From contig NIVC01000001.1 of NCBI GenBank assembly GCA_002269645.1, forward strand, positions 1,550,001-1,614,000: a stretch of DNA of 64,000 nt, read 5' to 3'. Each line of letters opens with the position of its first letter. The stretch's first letter is position 1. Made by a program: the position numbers and the translations under genes. Origin of the DNA: Macrostomum lignano (Eukaryota). Positions 49,692-62,300 of the stretch are shown here, piece by piece. The notes beneath the pieces were generated by a model. The model was not told the origin of the DNA and ran no database searches. It was given only the letters and a program-made list of their open reading frames with translations.

Positions 49692-49989
49692 CATACATGC
49701 GCAACAGTCGGCCGAGTCGGCCGATCCGGCCGACTGATTTGGCAGCCAACCAAGGAAGTCGCAAAAATGCCCACCCAAAAAAATACCCCCGTAGTAGTAC
49801 TAAGTAGCTGACGAGGCATTTTTGCCTGATAAGACAGTCATAGTTACTCTCGCCGTTTACCCAAAGTTGCGTTAATTTTGCTTTGGGGTTTTTTTACATG
49901 TAAGTCGCATTTTTGGCCAAAAACTACGTCGCATTTTTGTTAAAACTAAGTCGCACGGCCGACCGAATTTTGGACGTTGCGCATGTATG
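49692..49989. mobile_element. hAT-type MITE, 298 bp, 14-bp TIR, 8-bp TSD
   Basis: TIR CATACATGCGCAAC (49692-49705) / GTTGCGCATGTATG (49976-49989). Perfect TSD TTTAATCC (49684-49691, 49990-49997). Subterminal CGGCCGA motifs. Confidence 0.88.
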
Positions 49990-50039
49990 TTTAATCCCTT
50001 TAACATTGAGCAATTTCTTAGCCAGGATGCATGTACCGT

Positions 50040-50162
50040 CCCAGGAAAATTTTTGATCGAATGGTGCAAGTTTGAAGAAAATCGGTTGAGCCATTTTTTC
50101 TGAAATCTATCGCATACCTACCTACCCACATACAGACAACTCATTTTTAGTATATTGGATAT
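50040..50162 (+). mobile_element. possible Lep1-like non-autonomous Helitron 3' end
   Basis: AAGTTTGAAGAAAATCGGTTGAGCC...CATACCTACCTACCCACATACAGAC...TTTTAGTATATTGGAT resembles the recalled Lep1-type core/microsatellite/tail layout. Confidence 0.3.
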
Positions 50163-53146
50163 AGAGTAATAGACTGATTTGGTTTGGACCTAGTTAAATT
50201 TAAATAGTTGCTTTGCCAAGAATTTTCATTTTTTATGCTTTTACACTTTCAAATCTTTGTTGTTAATGTTGGTACTAAATGTCATGCTTTTGGTATCTAA
50301 TCTAGTATCTAGCTACCTAGCCTAGCATGAATCTAGCTATGCCTTTTAAATCAGGCCAAAAAATATATAAGCATTTAAGTATTAGTAAGAGTCAAATATG
50401 GATGCATTGGATTTGGAAGAAGATACTTGTACATGTATCTTACAAAAAATGTCACACTTAGAGACATGGTGGCCCCATCTCTAATAATAGTGACTAGGTC
50501 TATATTTGGATTTTATTTGTAGACTAGTAACTAGGTCCATGCAATGCAAATTATAGACACGGCGGCTGTGTCTTAAATATAGACCTAGTATGCTAGTCAC
50601 TATTAGAGACATGGCTGCCGTGTCGATGAAACTTGCATGGCGGCAGGCGGCCATGTCGTTAATATTGAATGGGTTCACACTTAGAGACACTGTGGGTGGG
50701 CATGTCGTTATAAGCCTCTTCACATTACCAATTCCAGAACCAGAATCGGTTCGAATCTTCCAAGAAAAACAGCAGTGGGCCTATAGGCTATAACTATTTA
50801 ACTGTGAATATTTGACTGCCTTAACAGCCTCACTTTGCACAATTTTTCACTTTCTCCTTGGCGATTTTCATTCAATAATTAAGAGTTTATAGCAAATATA
50901 TCGCTCTAGTTAAGGAGACAAAAAGTTATACTTTACAAATTGGTTCAGGTTCTAGAACCAGATCAAGCAATATGAAGAGCCTCAAGATTGAATGGACTCC
51001 GTACAAAAAATGGTGGTGGTTTCTTGTAAAGAGCAAAAAGCACACGAAATTAAACGTGTAAAGTTAAAAGTGTTAAAACAAAAAATCTTGTAGTTTTTCG
51101 GGTTGCTAAATTTTTGCATTTTGCGAAGAATTGTCGAATTATAGATCTAGATATTTTCATAAAGTTTTTTAGTTGCTTTTCTAATACCTTTTAAACTGAA
51201 CAGCATTGGGTGAACTGAAACTTTCTGTTCGAAAGGATTGTCTGCCCCGGCAGCAGGCTTACAGTTACAACCTACATTTGATTATGATGATGAGGGCGGT
51301 ATCAAGCGCTTGCTAGGCCTACTCAATGAGGTGCTAATCAGTGAGGATTTTTATGCTAGAGGCATATTCATCAATTTTTAGCAAGGTTTCTTGTGTTATA
51401 TAATTATTTTTAATTAAATACATGTAAGGAAGACCTATTATAATTTTTCTAGCTAGGGAGCCTAATTGCTAGTTGGGTTGGGTTTGGGTAGGCCTATAGA
51501 TTTATCCAGGTCTCCTATACTATAGAAATGTTAACTAGGCCCTATTGCTAGCATTAGGCCTAAATATTATATATATTTTTTATTTATAATTATATATTGG
51601 CCATGCCATAGGCATAGGGCAAATTGTAGCATATAGTAGAGTAGGCATGAAGCATGAAAAGCATGAAGCATCTATTCTAGGCTGGCTAGGCTAAGCCTAG
51701 GCCTAGACATTTTGGTAGATGGTATCAATCCATTACAAATCAGTTTGGTGTTGGTGGCAATGTAATGGTATGGTACAAAAAGTCCTATATATATATTTTA
51801 GCTATAGTTGTATTTGTATAGAATTATAGATAATATAGCAATGTCATATTTGGGAATATTTATTTACTTAGTTTTTATTTAGCCCTAGGCCCCCTAGTTT
51901 TATTTGCTACTTATATATGAGGGCCTAAGCTCAGCTAAACTAAAGCTATGCCTAGGCCTATGCTATAACCTAGGTCTATTTGTACATAGACTAAGGTAAG
52001 GCTATAAAGCTCTTTTTTAAATGCTGGGCCTACAAAGCTTTCATTATCAATCAATCTAGCGTAGGCTACAAAGCTGCTTTGAAGCTTTAAGTTTTCTTAG
52101 ACCTAGGCTAGGCCTATTTATATAGTGTTTAAAAAATGTAAACTAGGCCTATTCTTCTTTTCTCATTTTTTTATTTAGTCAATTAGTCCTAGTTTTAATT
52201 AGTTAATATATGCCTAATCATGGCAATAGGCCTAATCAAGTTATTGACATAACTTTTATACAATCTAAATCAAGTCTAAGTTGCAATGGAGCCTTGTTCT
52301 TTGTTGCTACATGCCAAGAGAATCTTTAATAATCAAGTCAGGGTTACAGTTAGTCACATACATGTGCAACACCCTTCCAAGCTAGCTGATCTGGCTAGCT
52401 AGCAAATGGTCTAGCCAAGGAGAATTGCAAAAATGCCTATTAAAAATACAAACATAGTACTAATTAGATGATAAGGCATTTAGCCTTAATAATATAGTCA
52501 TAGTTCTCTTACCATTTAGGCATTTTCCCAAAATTTAGCCAGCATCTAAAAATTGAGTTTGCAGACTTCTGCAACTTTTTAAAGTCATATAGGCTTATAA
52601 ATGTAAAGCAAGGGTTGGTAAACTTTTTTTACCTCAAGGGCCAGACAGAGAACCTAGTGCATGACTGTGGGCAAAAGGAGAGGAGAAGGAATATAGAAGA
52701 GAGAAGAGATATATGAGAAAGGATAGGCGAGGGAATGAAGGTGAAGAGAGGAGTAGAGAAGAGAGAAAAGTAGAGATGAATAGTAGAGAGAAAGGAGAGG
52801 GGAGAAAAGAGTAGAAAAGAAGAAGAGAGGAAAGAGAAGAGAGAGGAGATTAGAGAGAAAAGAGCTGAGAAGAGATGCAAACCTTGAGCAGGCCAGATTA
52901 CTATTGTGAAGTTTCAAAGGACCTAAGGGCCGGATAGAGAGGCTTTGCATGTGGCCTGCAGGCTGGAGTTTGCCGACCCCTGATGTAAGGGGTCGGGTAG
53001 AGACATTAGGGTATTTTATTTGATTTTGAACTTTTTGACTGATGCCAGCTGCCATCCTGGTTTTCAATTTTGCTTGTAAATGAAAATCAATCAATTAGTA
53101 TAAGCCAGAAGCAAGGCTGAAACCCACAGATGCTACCATCGCAGTC

Positions 53147-56100
53147 ATGGCCAGCAGACAGTTGTCAGAGACCAAATTACGGCGCCGCTCAATGTCCACC
53201 TCATATCGCCTGCCCCCGTTGCCCTGGTTCGGCATGGACATTGGCGGCACCCTCACCAAACTTGTGTACTTCGAGCCTAGCCTAGACAATGCCGAGGAGG
53301 AGCGCGAGAAAGTGGCCCATATTCGCAAATACCTCACTAGCAATGTCGCCTACGGCACTACCGGCCTACGAGACGTGCATCTGGAGATGCCTAACGTCAG
53401 TTTTCTTGGCCGGTCGGGCACTTTGCACTTCATCCGGTTTCCCACTTGCAGCATGAGCATCTTCATCGATATGGCAAAGGATAAAAATTTGAAAGACCTG
53501 GCGGATATGATCTGTGCTACTGGTTAGTAGATAAAAACACTGAGATTCTACACAAGAGCCCTAAGAATCTGCACCAAAACCTTGATAATCGCCAGCAACC
53601 TTTGAGAATCTCGCAAAACCGTGAGAGTCTCCCCACATATCCTGAGAACCCAGAAAATCTTGAGATAACTCATACAAACTATGAAAACCCACACAAACTC
53701 CGAGAACCCACACAAACCATGAGAATCCCACACAAACCCTGAGACCCCACACAAACCATGAGAACCCACACAAACTCCAAGAACCCACAACAAACCATGA
53801 GAATCCCACACAAACTCCGAGAACCCACACAAACCCTGAGAACCCACACAAACCCTGAGAACCCACACAAACTCCAAGAACCCACAACAAACCCTGAGAC
53901 CCCAAGCAAACCCCGAAAACCCACACAAACTCCGAGAACCCACACAAACCCTGAGAACCCACACAAACTATGAGAATCCCACACAAACCCTGAGACCCCA
54001 CACAAACCCCGAGAACCCACACAAACTCCGAGAACCCACACAAACCCTGAGAACCCACACGAACCATGAGAATCCCATACAAGCCCTGAGAATCCCACAC
54101 AAACCCCGAGAACCCACACAAATCCCGAGAACCCACACAAACCCTGAGACCCCACACAAACCATGAGAACCCACACAAACCCTGAGAACCCACACAAACT
54201 CCAAGAACCCACAACAAACCATGAGAATCCCACACAAACTCCGAGAACCCACACAAACCCTGAGAACCCACACAAACCCTGAGAACCTACACAAACTCCA
54301 AGAACCCACAACAAACCCTGAGACCCCACACAAACCCCGAGAACCCACACAAACTCCGAGAACCCACACAAACTCCGAGAACCCACACAAACCATGAGAA
54401 CCCACACAAACTCCGAGAACCCACACAAACTCCGAGAACCCACACAAACCATGAGAACCCACACGAACCATGAGAATCCCACACAAACCCTGAGACCCCA
54501 CACAAACCCTGAGAACCCACACAAACCCCGAGAACCCACACAAACCCCGAGAACCCACACAAACCATGAGAACCCACACAAACCCTGAGACCCCACACAA
54601 ACCATGAGAACCCACACAAACCATGAGAACCCACACAAACCCTGAGACCCCACACAAACCATGAGAACCCACACAAACCCTGAGAACCCACACAAACTCC
54701 AAGAACCCACACAAACCCCGAGAACCCACACAAACCCTGAGAACCCACACGAACCATGAGAATCATACACTGCTACGAATCACTCTCATGACCGAGAGAA
54801 TCTCCCTCTAAGCTTCTAACATTCTCAAACACGCAGGCGGCGGTGCCTACAAGTTCGAGTCGGACTTTCAAAGCCGCTTAGGCATGTCGCTATTAAAGCT
54901 AGACGAACTGGAATGCCTATTGAATGGATTAATATTCCTGGCCGAGCGGCACCCGCTGGAGTGCTACTACCTGCCCGAGCCGGACCCCAGCAGATCTGAC
55001 TGTCTGCGCCAGCCCTACAGCCTGACCCGCCAGTCGGACTGCTATCCATTCCTGGCTGTAAACATTGGCAGCGGCGTCTCTATCATTGCTGTGCGAGGCC
55101 CGCGCGATTGGAATCGGGTCAGCGGCACCAGCCTTGGCGGCGGCACCTTTCTGGGCCTCTGCTGTCTGCTGACTGGCTGCGAAACATTCGAAGATGCCAT
55201 TGCACTGGCCGAACGGGGCGATAGTAACAAGGTAGGAGTGGGATAACCTAGCTGTGGGAATACCCGGCAGTGGGAAAGCCTAGCTGTGGGAATACCCGGC
55301 AGTAGGAATACCCAGCTGTGGGACTACCCAGCTGTGGGATACCCATCTGTGGGAATACTCAGCTGTGGGAATAGCCAGCTGTGGGAATACCCAGCTGTGG
55401 GAATACCAAGCTGTAGGAATACCTAGCTTTGGGATACCTATCTGTGGGAATACTCAGCTGTGGGAATACCCAGCTGTGGGAATACCCGGCTGTGAGAATA
55501 CCCAGCTGTGGGATACCCATCTGTGGGAATACTCAGCTGTGGGAATAGCCAGCTGTGGGAATACCCAGCTGTGGGAATACCAATCTGTGGGAATACCTAG
55601 CTTTGGGATACCTATCTGTGGGAATACTCAGCTGTGGGAATACCCAGCTGTGCATGTGGGAATACCCAGCTGTGCATGTGGGAATACCCAGCTGTGCATG
55701 TGGGAATACCCAGCTGTGCATGTGGGAATACCCAGCTGTGCATGTGGGAATACCCAGCTGTGCATGTGGGAATACCCAGCTGTGCATGTGGGAATACCCA
55801 GCTGTGCATGTGGGAATACCCAGCTGTGCATGTGGGAATACCCAGCTGTGCATGTGGGAATACCCAGCTGTGCATGTGGGAATACTCAGCTGTGCATGTG
55901 GGAATACCCAGCTGTGGGAATTCCCGGCTGTGAGAATACTCGTATTTGTAATTTTATACAATAAGTAGTTTTTAACTTCGCACAGGTGGACAAGCTAGTC
56001 ATGGACATCTACGGCGGGGACTACGAACTATTTGGCTTGCGCGGAGATCTCGTTGCCAGCAGTTTCGGTCACATGATGTCGGTGGATAAACGCGCCGAAG

Positions 56101-57632
56101 CCAAGCCCGAGGATCTAGCCAGAGCGACTCTGGTTATGCTCACTAACAATATTGGATCCATTGCAAGGATGTGCGCCTCTACTCAGGTGTGTACATCTTG
56201 CTTTGCTTCCTGTGTGGAAGGACTGGATTGGGACGCGGTACATAGACAAACTCTGAGGCAACACTGGGTTAGGAAGGCACTGGGATAGGAAGGCATTGGA
56301 ATAGGAAGGCATTGAAATAGGAAGGCATTGGAATAGGAAGGCATTGTGATAGGAGGGTATTGAAGGCACTGGAATAGGAAGGCACTGGGATAGGAGGGCA
56401 TTGAAGGCACTGGGATAGGAGGGCATTGAAGGCACTGGAATAGGAAGGCACTGGGATAGGAGGGCATTGAAGGCACTGGAATATTAAGGCACTGGTATAC
56501 ACTGGGATAGGAGGGCATTGAAGGCACTGGAATAGGAAGGCACTGAAGGCACAGGAATAGGAAGGCACTGAAGGCACTGGGATAGGAAGACCCTGGGATA
56601 CACTGGGATAGGAGGGCACTGAAGGCACTGGGATACACTGGGATAGGAGGGCACTGAAGGCACTGGGATACACTGGGATAGGAGGGCACTGAAGGCACTG
56701 GGATAGGAGGGCACTGAAGGCACTGGGATAGGAGGGCACTGAAGGCACTGGGATACACTGGGATAGGAGGGCACTGAAGGCACTGGGATACACTGGGATA
56801 GGAGGGCACTGAAGGCACTGGGATACACTGGGATAGGAGGGCACTGAAGGCACTGGGATACACTGGGATAGGAGGGCACTGAAGGCACTGGGATACACTG
56901 GGATAGGAGGGCACTGAAGGCACTGGGATACACTGGGATAGGAGGGCACTGAAGGCACTGGGATACACTGGGATAGGAGGGCACTGAAGGCACTGGGATA
57001 GGAGGGCACTGAAGGCACTGGGATAGGAGGGCACTGAAGGCACTGGGATAGGAGGGCACTGAAGGCACTGGGATAGGAGGGCACTGAAGGCACTGGGATA
57101 CACTGGGATAGGAGGGCGCTGTTCAGGCACTGGGATAGGAGGGCACTGAAGGCACTGGGATACACTGGGATAGGAGGGCACTGAAGGCACTGGTATTGGA
57201 GGGTAACTGAAGGAGCCGTGAACAGAGCATGAATGCCGCCAAGTCTCATTGCCTCTTCGTCGCTGCTATTGCAGGGCATCGATCGGGTTATATTCACTGG
57301 CAATTTTCTGCGCTGCAATGAACTGTCTGTTCGCCTGCTGGCACACGCTATGGACTATTGGTCGCGTGGTAGCATTAAGGCACTGTTTGTGCAACACGAG
57401 GTGAGAAAAAGGATAGTCTTATGCTTATAATATGGCTGTAGATAAAGTCCTTAGTAGTATAAGGCTTGTTTTGCGCATTGTTCTACTTTTTATACTGCAG
57501 GGCTACCTTGGCGCTCTGGGCTCCCTGATGGAGCTAGTTGATCCGGACAGCATCAACAATGCCTACTTTACATCCGAGTCTGCTCAAACCGCTTCTGATG
57601 ACTCCCAGAAGATGAGCTCTCGGAAGGAATGA
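53147..57632 (+). CDS. PANK: pantothenate kinase, eukaryotic type II (409 aa); exons 53147-53522, 54837-55231, 55986-56186, 57275-57400, 57501-57632
   Basis: Motifs [79 protein letters not shown]. All introns GT-AG with consistent phases. Total 1230 nt. Confidence 0.95.
53640..54765. repeat. 20-21-bp minisatellite GAGAACCCACACAAACC(CT/AT/CC), PANK intron 1
   Basis: More than 50 tandem copies, CA-rich on the sense strand. Confidence 0.95.
55244..55935. repeat. 16-bp/22-bp minisatellite GGGAATACCCAGCTGT(GCATGT), PANK intron 2
   Basis: Degenerate 16-bp block followed by a homogeneous 22-bp block. Confidence 0.95.
56270..57195. repeat. purine-rich minisatellite GAAGGCACTGGGATA(CACTGGGATA)GGAGGGCACT, PANK intron 3
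   Basis: 25/35-bp variants, G-rich on the sense strand. Confidence 0.95.
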
Positions 57633-57829
57633 CCTCAATTAATCAATGCTATAGCAGATTATCTGTTCTCTCAATTTGAGTTGAAGTTTTAGTTCTCAAC
57701 TATTGATTTGTTTGTTGGATTGCTAACGCATTTTTTTTAATTAAAAAAGGTCTTTGTTTTTATTATTAACAATATCGTTTTCTTTCAATGAGGCTTGTGT
57801 ATACGATAGTTGGCCGGAGGGGGGGGGGG

Positions 57830-58370
57830 TTGTGCGACTCACACCCCCCAGGGCCAGCTCAGAGTGTACATGCCTGACTGGGGGTTGTGCGACTCACACC
57901 CCCAGGGCCAGCTCAGAGTGTACATGCCTGACTGGGGGTTGTGCGACTCAGACCCCCCAGGGCCAGCTCAGAGTGTACATGCCTGACTGGGGGTTGTGCG
58001 ACTCACACCCCCAGGGCCAGCTCAGAGTGTACATGCCTGACTGGGGGGTTGTGCGACTCAGACCCCCCAGGGCCAGCTCAGAGTGTACATGCCTGACTGG
58101 GGGTTGTGCGACTCACACCCCCAGGGCCAGCTCAGAGTGTACATGCCTGACTGGGGGTTGTGCGACTCACACCCCCAGGGCCAGCTCAGAGTGTACATGC
58201 CTGACTGGGGGTTGTGCGACTCACACCCCCAGGGCCAGCTCAGAGTGTACATGCCTGACTGGGGGTTGTGCGACTCACACCCCCAGGGCCAGCTCAGAGT
58301 GTACATGCCTGACTGGGGGGTTGTGCGACTCGGACCCCCCAGGGCCAGCTCAGAGTGTACATGCCTGACT
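57830..58370. repeat. 54-bp minisatellite with an internal hairpin, 10 copies
   Basis: Unit GAGTGTACATGCCTGACTGGGGGTTGTGCGACTCACACCCCCAGGGCCAGCTCA. Confidence 0.95.
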
Positions 58371-58931
58371 ATTAAAAAGTCAAATTTGAGAAAACTTTTC
58401 AACTGCTTTCAAAAATGCAGAGATGGATATAAAAAGCATGATTTCCTGCGATTGTGCAACATTTTTAAATTGCTAATCTGACTCTAACTAATGATTTTGT
58501 GCGTTTTTTTATAAAGTAAACTGCATTCCGTTAGCGAAATTGGCTCTATCCGGCGAATATATTTTTTTAATTTAAATAGTTTGTTATTATGCTTTGAAAT
58601 TTCAAAATCTGCTGTTGGTTTTTTATAAAATGAGTGTTGCTTTAAAAACTAGCAAGCTAGCTATAGTTTTAGTGTGCCAGTTATTTGCATTACTTATGTG
58701 CACAATTTGGTATATAGGCTGCTTTGATAAGATTGATTGCAATTTGTTATCAGCTAGCTAGTTTTTTATTCTGCGTCTTGTTGCTAATTTGCTGTGCGAT
58801 TGTAAGACACGTTTTATAAATTATAAGCTATAATTAGTTGCTTGGTGTGACTGTAATTCATTACTATTCATTACTTTCATTCTCTTGTATAAAATAAATC
58901 AGCAATCTTAAATAACCCAAGTCAATGTGTA

Positions 58932-59249
58932 CGACCTTAACTGACCCAAACGATCTCAACCGACTCCAGTACACGTTAATACGCGGTCCCGCATGATTCC
59001 AGTCCGTGTCTATGCGCGCGACCTCAAGTGACCAGGGCCCTTTACCGATACGTGACCTCATGTGACCCTGGCCCCTTCCTGCCCTCGATTTCACATAATC
59101 TATCCCTTACCTGTTCACGACCTCGAGCAACCTTCACTCCCTCAGCCTTAACCTGTCCGCGAATTCACGTGCTTTCCGGCCTTTATTTGTACCGGTACAC
59201 TACATCACGTGACCTCCAGTTCCCACCTGTTCGCGACTTAGGGTGACCC
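58932..59249. promoter_or_regulatory. cluster of five DR4-spaced nuclear-receptor-like half-site pairs upstream of TARDBP
   Basis: CGACCT-N4-TGACCC (58932), CGACCT-N4-TGACCA (59019), TGACCT-N4-TGACCC (59053), CGACCT-N4-CAACCT (59118), CGACTT-N4-TGACCC (59234). Confidence 0.4.
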
Positions 59250-59390
59250 TATCCTCGCTGTCTGCTATCACGGTTAGATTCAGACAGAAACTGCGTACAG
59301 CACAATAAGATCTAGTGGTTTAGTGCATACTGATTACTGTTAGACATCTTGTCACCTAATCTGCCTGTCGAAATTTTGCATGCAATAATT

Positions 59391-62300
59391 ATGGACTGCG
59401 TGCCAATCATAGCGAACCAATCAGCTGGCGAGCTGGCTCACGAAGTCCAGCCCGAGCCAGATGGCAGCCTGTCATTGGTCAGTCTGGCTGCCGAATTCCC
59501 GGGCGCCCTGGGGCTGCAGTATCGCTGCCCGCAGACCGGCAGTCTACTCGCTGTGCCGCTAGTCGACGGGTCGCTGCGTCGGCCAAGCGAACTCGCGCGC
59601 TGGTCGGACACCGTGTACTTTTGCACTTTTTCTCCGGTGGACGAGTGAGAATTCGATTGAACTGTGTTTTCTTTAACTGCCTTTTAATAATTAAACTAAT
59701 TTTTGGCTTTATAACTTATGCTCGTACTAACAGTAGTATAACATACAGTGGTACATATTGTGTACTTTTTGAAAATTGCAATTTAGTTGCCGCGATCTAC
59801 TCTAACCGTCTCAAACTGATCTCAAACTGATCTCAAACTGTCTCAAACTGATCTCAAAGTGTCTCAAACTGTCTCAAACTGATCTCAAACTGATCTCAAA
59901 CTGTCTCAAACTGATCTCAAAGTGTCTCAAACTGTCTCAAACTGATCTCAAACTGATCTCGAACTGTCTTAAACTGATCTCAAACTGATCTTAAACTGAT
60001 CTCAAGCTGATCTTTAACTGATCTCAACCTGTCTCAAACTGATCTCAAACTATCTCATACCGTCTCAAACTGTCTCAAACTGTCTCAAACTGATCTCAAA
60101 CTGTCTCAAACTGATCTTAAACTGTCTCAAACTGATCTTAAACTGTCTCAAACTGATCTTAAACTGTCTCAAACTGATCTCAAACTGTCTCAAACTGATC
60201 TTAACTGTCTCAAACTGATCTTAAACTGTCTCAAACTGATCTTAAACTGTCTCAAACTGATCTCAAACTGTCTCAAACTGATCTTAAACTGTCTCAAACT
60301 GATCTTAACTGTCTCAAACTGATCTTAAACTGTCTCAAACTGATCTTAAACTGTCTCAAACTGATCTCAAACTGTCTCAAACTGATCTTAACTGTCTCAA
60401 ACTGATCTTAAACTGTCTCAAACTGATCTCAAACTGTCTCAAACTGATCTCAAACTGTCTCAAACTGATCTTAAACTGTCTCAAACTGATCTCAAACTGT
60501 CTCAAACTGATCTTAAACTGTCTCAAACTGATCTCAAACTGTCTCAAACTGATCTCAAACTGTCTCAAACTGATCTCAAACTGTCTCATTGCACAGCGAC
60601 CCCAGCCAGCCAAACGGCAACAGCAAGTCCGGGTCGCAGGCACCAATTAACGGTGACGAGAAGCAGCAGAACGGCATCGCCGCCGACAGCAGCGGCAGCG
60701 ACAGCAACCACTGCCCGGAGACAGGCGAGCGCAATGGCAATAGCAAGGACTGCGAAGATCTCATAGTGCTAGGCCTGCCCTACGACTGCCAAGAGCAGGA
60801 TCTGCGAGCCTACTTTGACTCTGTCAGTGGCGTCAAGGACAGTCTGGCCATGGCGCAGATCAAGCGGGACTGGACTGGCACCAGCCGGGGCTTCGGCTTC
60901 GTGCGCTTCTCCGATATGGCCAGTCAGGAATCGGCTCTGGCTACTCGCTTTTATCAGGTCAGAATAATCTGTTTCAATAGTTTTTGCAGCCCGGCCCTCC
61001 TCACACAGCTCACAGCGAAAACCGCCCTACTCACACAGCTCACAGCGAAAACCGCCCTGCTCACAGCGAAAACCGCCCTACTCACACAGCTCACAGCGAA
61101 AACCGCCCTACTCACACAGCTCACAGCGAAAACCGCCCTACTCACACAGCTCACAGCGAAAACCGCCCTACTCACACAGCTCACAGCGAAAACCGCCCTG
61201 CTCACAGCGAAAACCGCCCTACTCACACAGCTCACAGCGAAAACCGCCCTACCCACACAGCTCACAGCGAAAACCGCCCTACTCACACAGCTCACAGCGA
61301 AAACCGCCCTACTCACACAGCTCACAGCGAAAACCGCCCTACTCACACAGCTCACAGCGAAAACCGCCCTACTCACACAGCTCACAGCGAAAACCGCCCT
61401 GCTCACAGCGAAAACCGCCCTACTCACACAGCTCACAGCGAAAACCGCCCTACCCACACAGCTCACAGCGAAAACCGCCCTACTCACACAGCTCACAGCG
61501 AAAACCGCCCTACTCACACAGCTCACAGCGAAAACCGCCCTACTCACACAGCTCACAGCGAAAACCGCCCTGCTCACAGCGAAAACCGCCCTACTCACAC
61601 AGCTCACAGCGAAAACCGCCCTACTCACACAGCTCACAGCGAAAACCGCCCTACTCACACAGCTCACAGCGAAAACCGCCCTACTCACACAGCTCACAGC
61701 GAAAACCGCCCTACCCACACAGCTCACAGCGAAAACCGCCCTACTCACACAGCTCACAGCGAAAACCGCCCTACTCACACAGCTCACAGCGAAAACCGCC
61801 CTACTCACACAGCTCACAGCGAAAACCGCCCTACTCACACAACTCCTAGGGAAACCCGCCCTACTCACACAACTCCTAGGGAAACCCGCCCTACTCACAC
61901 AACTCCTAGGGAAACCCGCCCTACTCACACAACTCCTAGGGAAACCCACCCTACTCGCACAGCTTCCAGGGAAACCCGCCCTACTCACACAGCTTACAGG
62001 GAAACCCGCCCTACTTACACAGCTTACAGGGAAACCCGCCCTACTCACACAGCTTACAGGGAAACCCGCCCTACTCACACAGCTTACAGGGAAACCCGCC
62101 CTACTCACAACTTACTGGGAAACCCGCCCTACTCACACAACTTACAGGGAAACCCGCCCTACTCACGCAGCTCCTCGGGAAACCCGCCCCTCATCTCACA
62201 GCTCAGACAGACTCGCCCCTCATCTCACAGCTCAGACAGACCCGTCCCTCATCTCACAGCTCAAACAGACCGGCCCCTCATCTCACAGCTCAGACAGACC

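Noticed and set aside
13658-57318. Long ORFs such as 13658-14107, 23245-24099, 41175-42524, 45640-47067, 53561-54770 and 56183-57318
   Set aside because: They are translations of stop-free minisatellites, open in several frames and on both strands, with no splice or codon support.
57830-58370. CRISPR-like appearance of hairpin-containing repeats (also 14641-14955, 41172-42510)
   Set aside because: No unique spacers, no cas genes, and a eukaryotic context.
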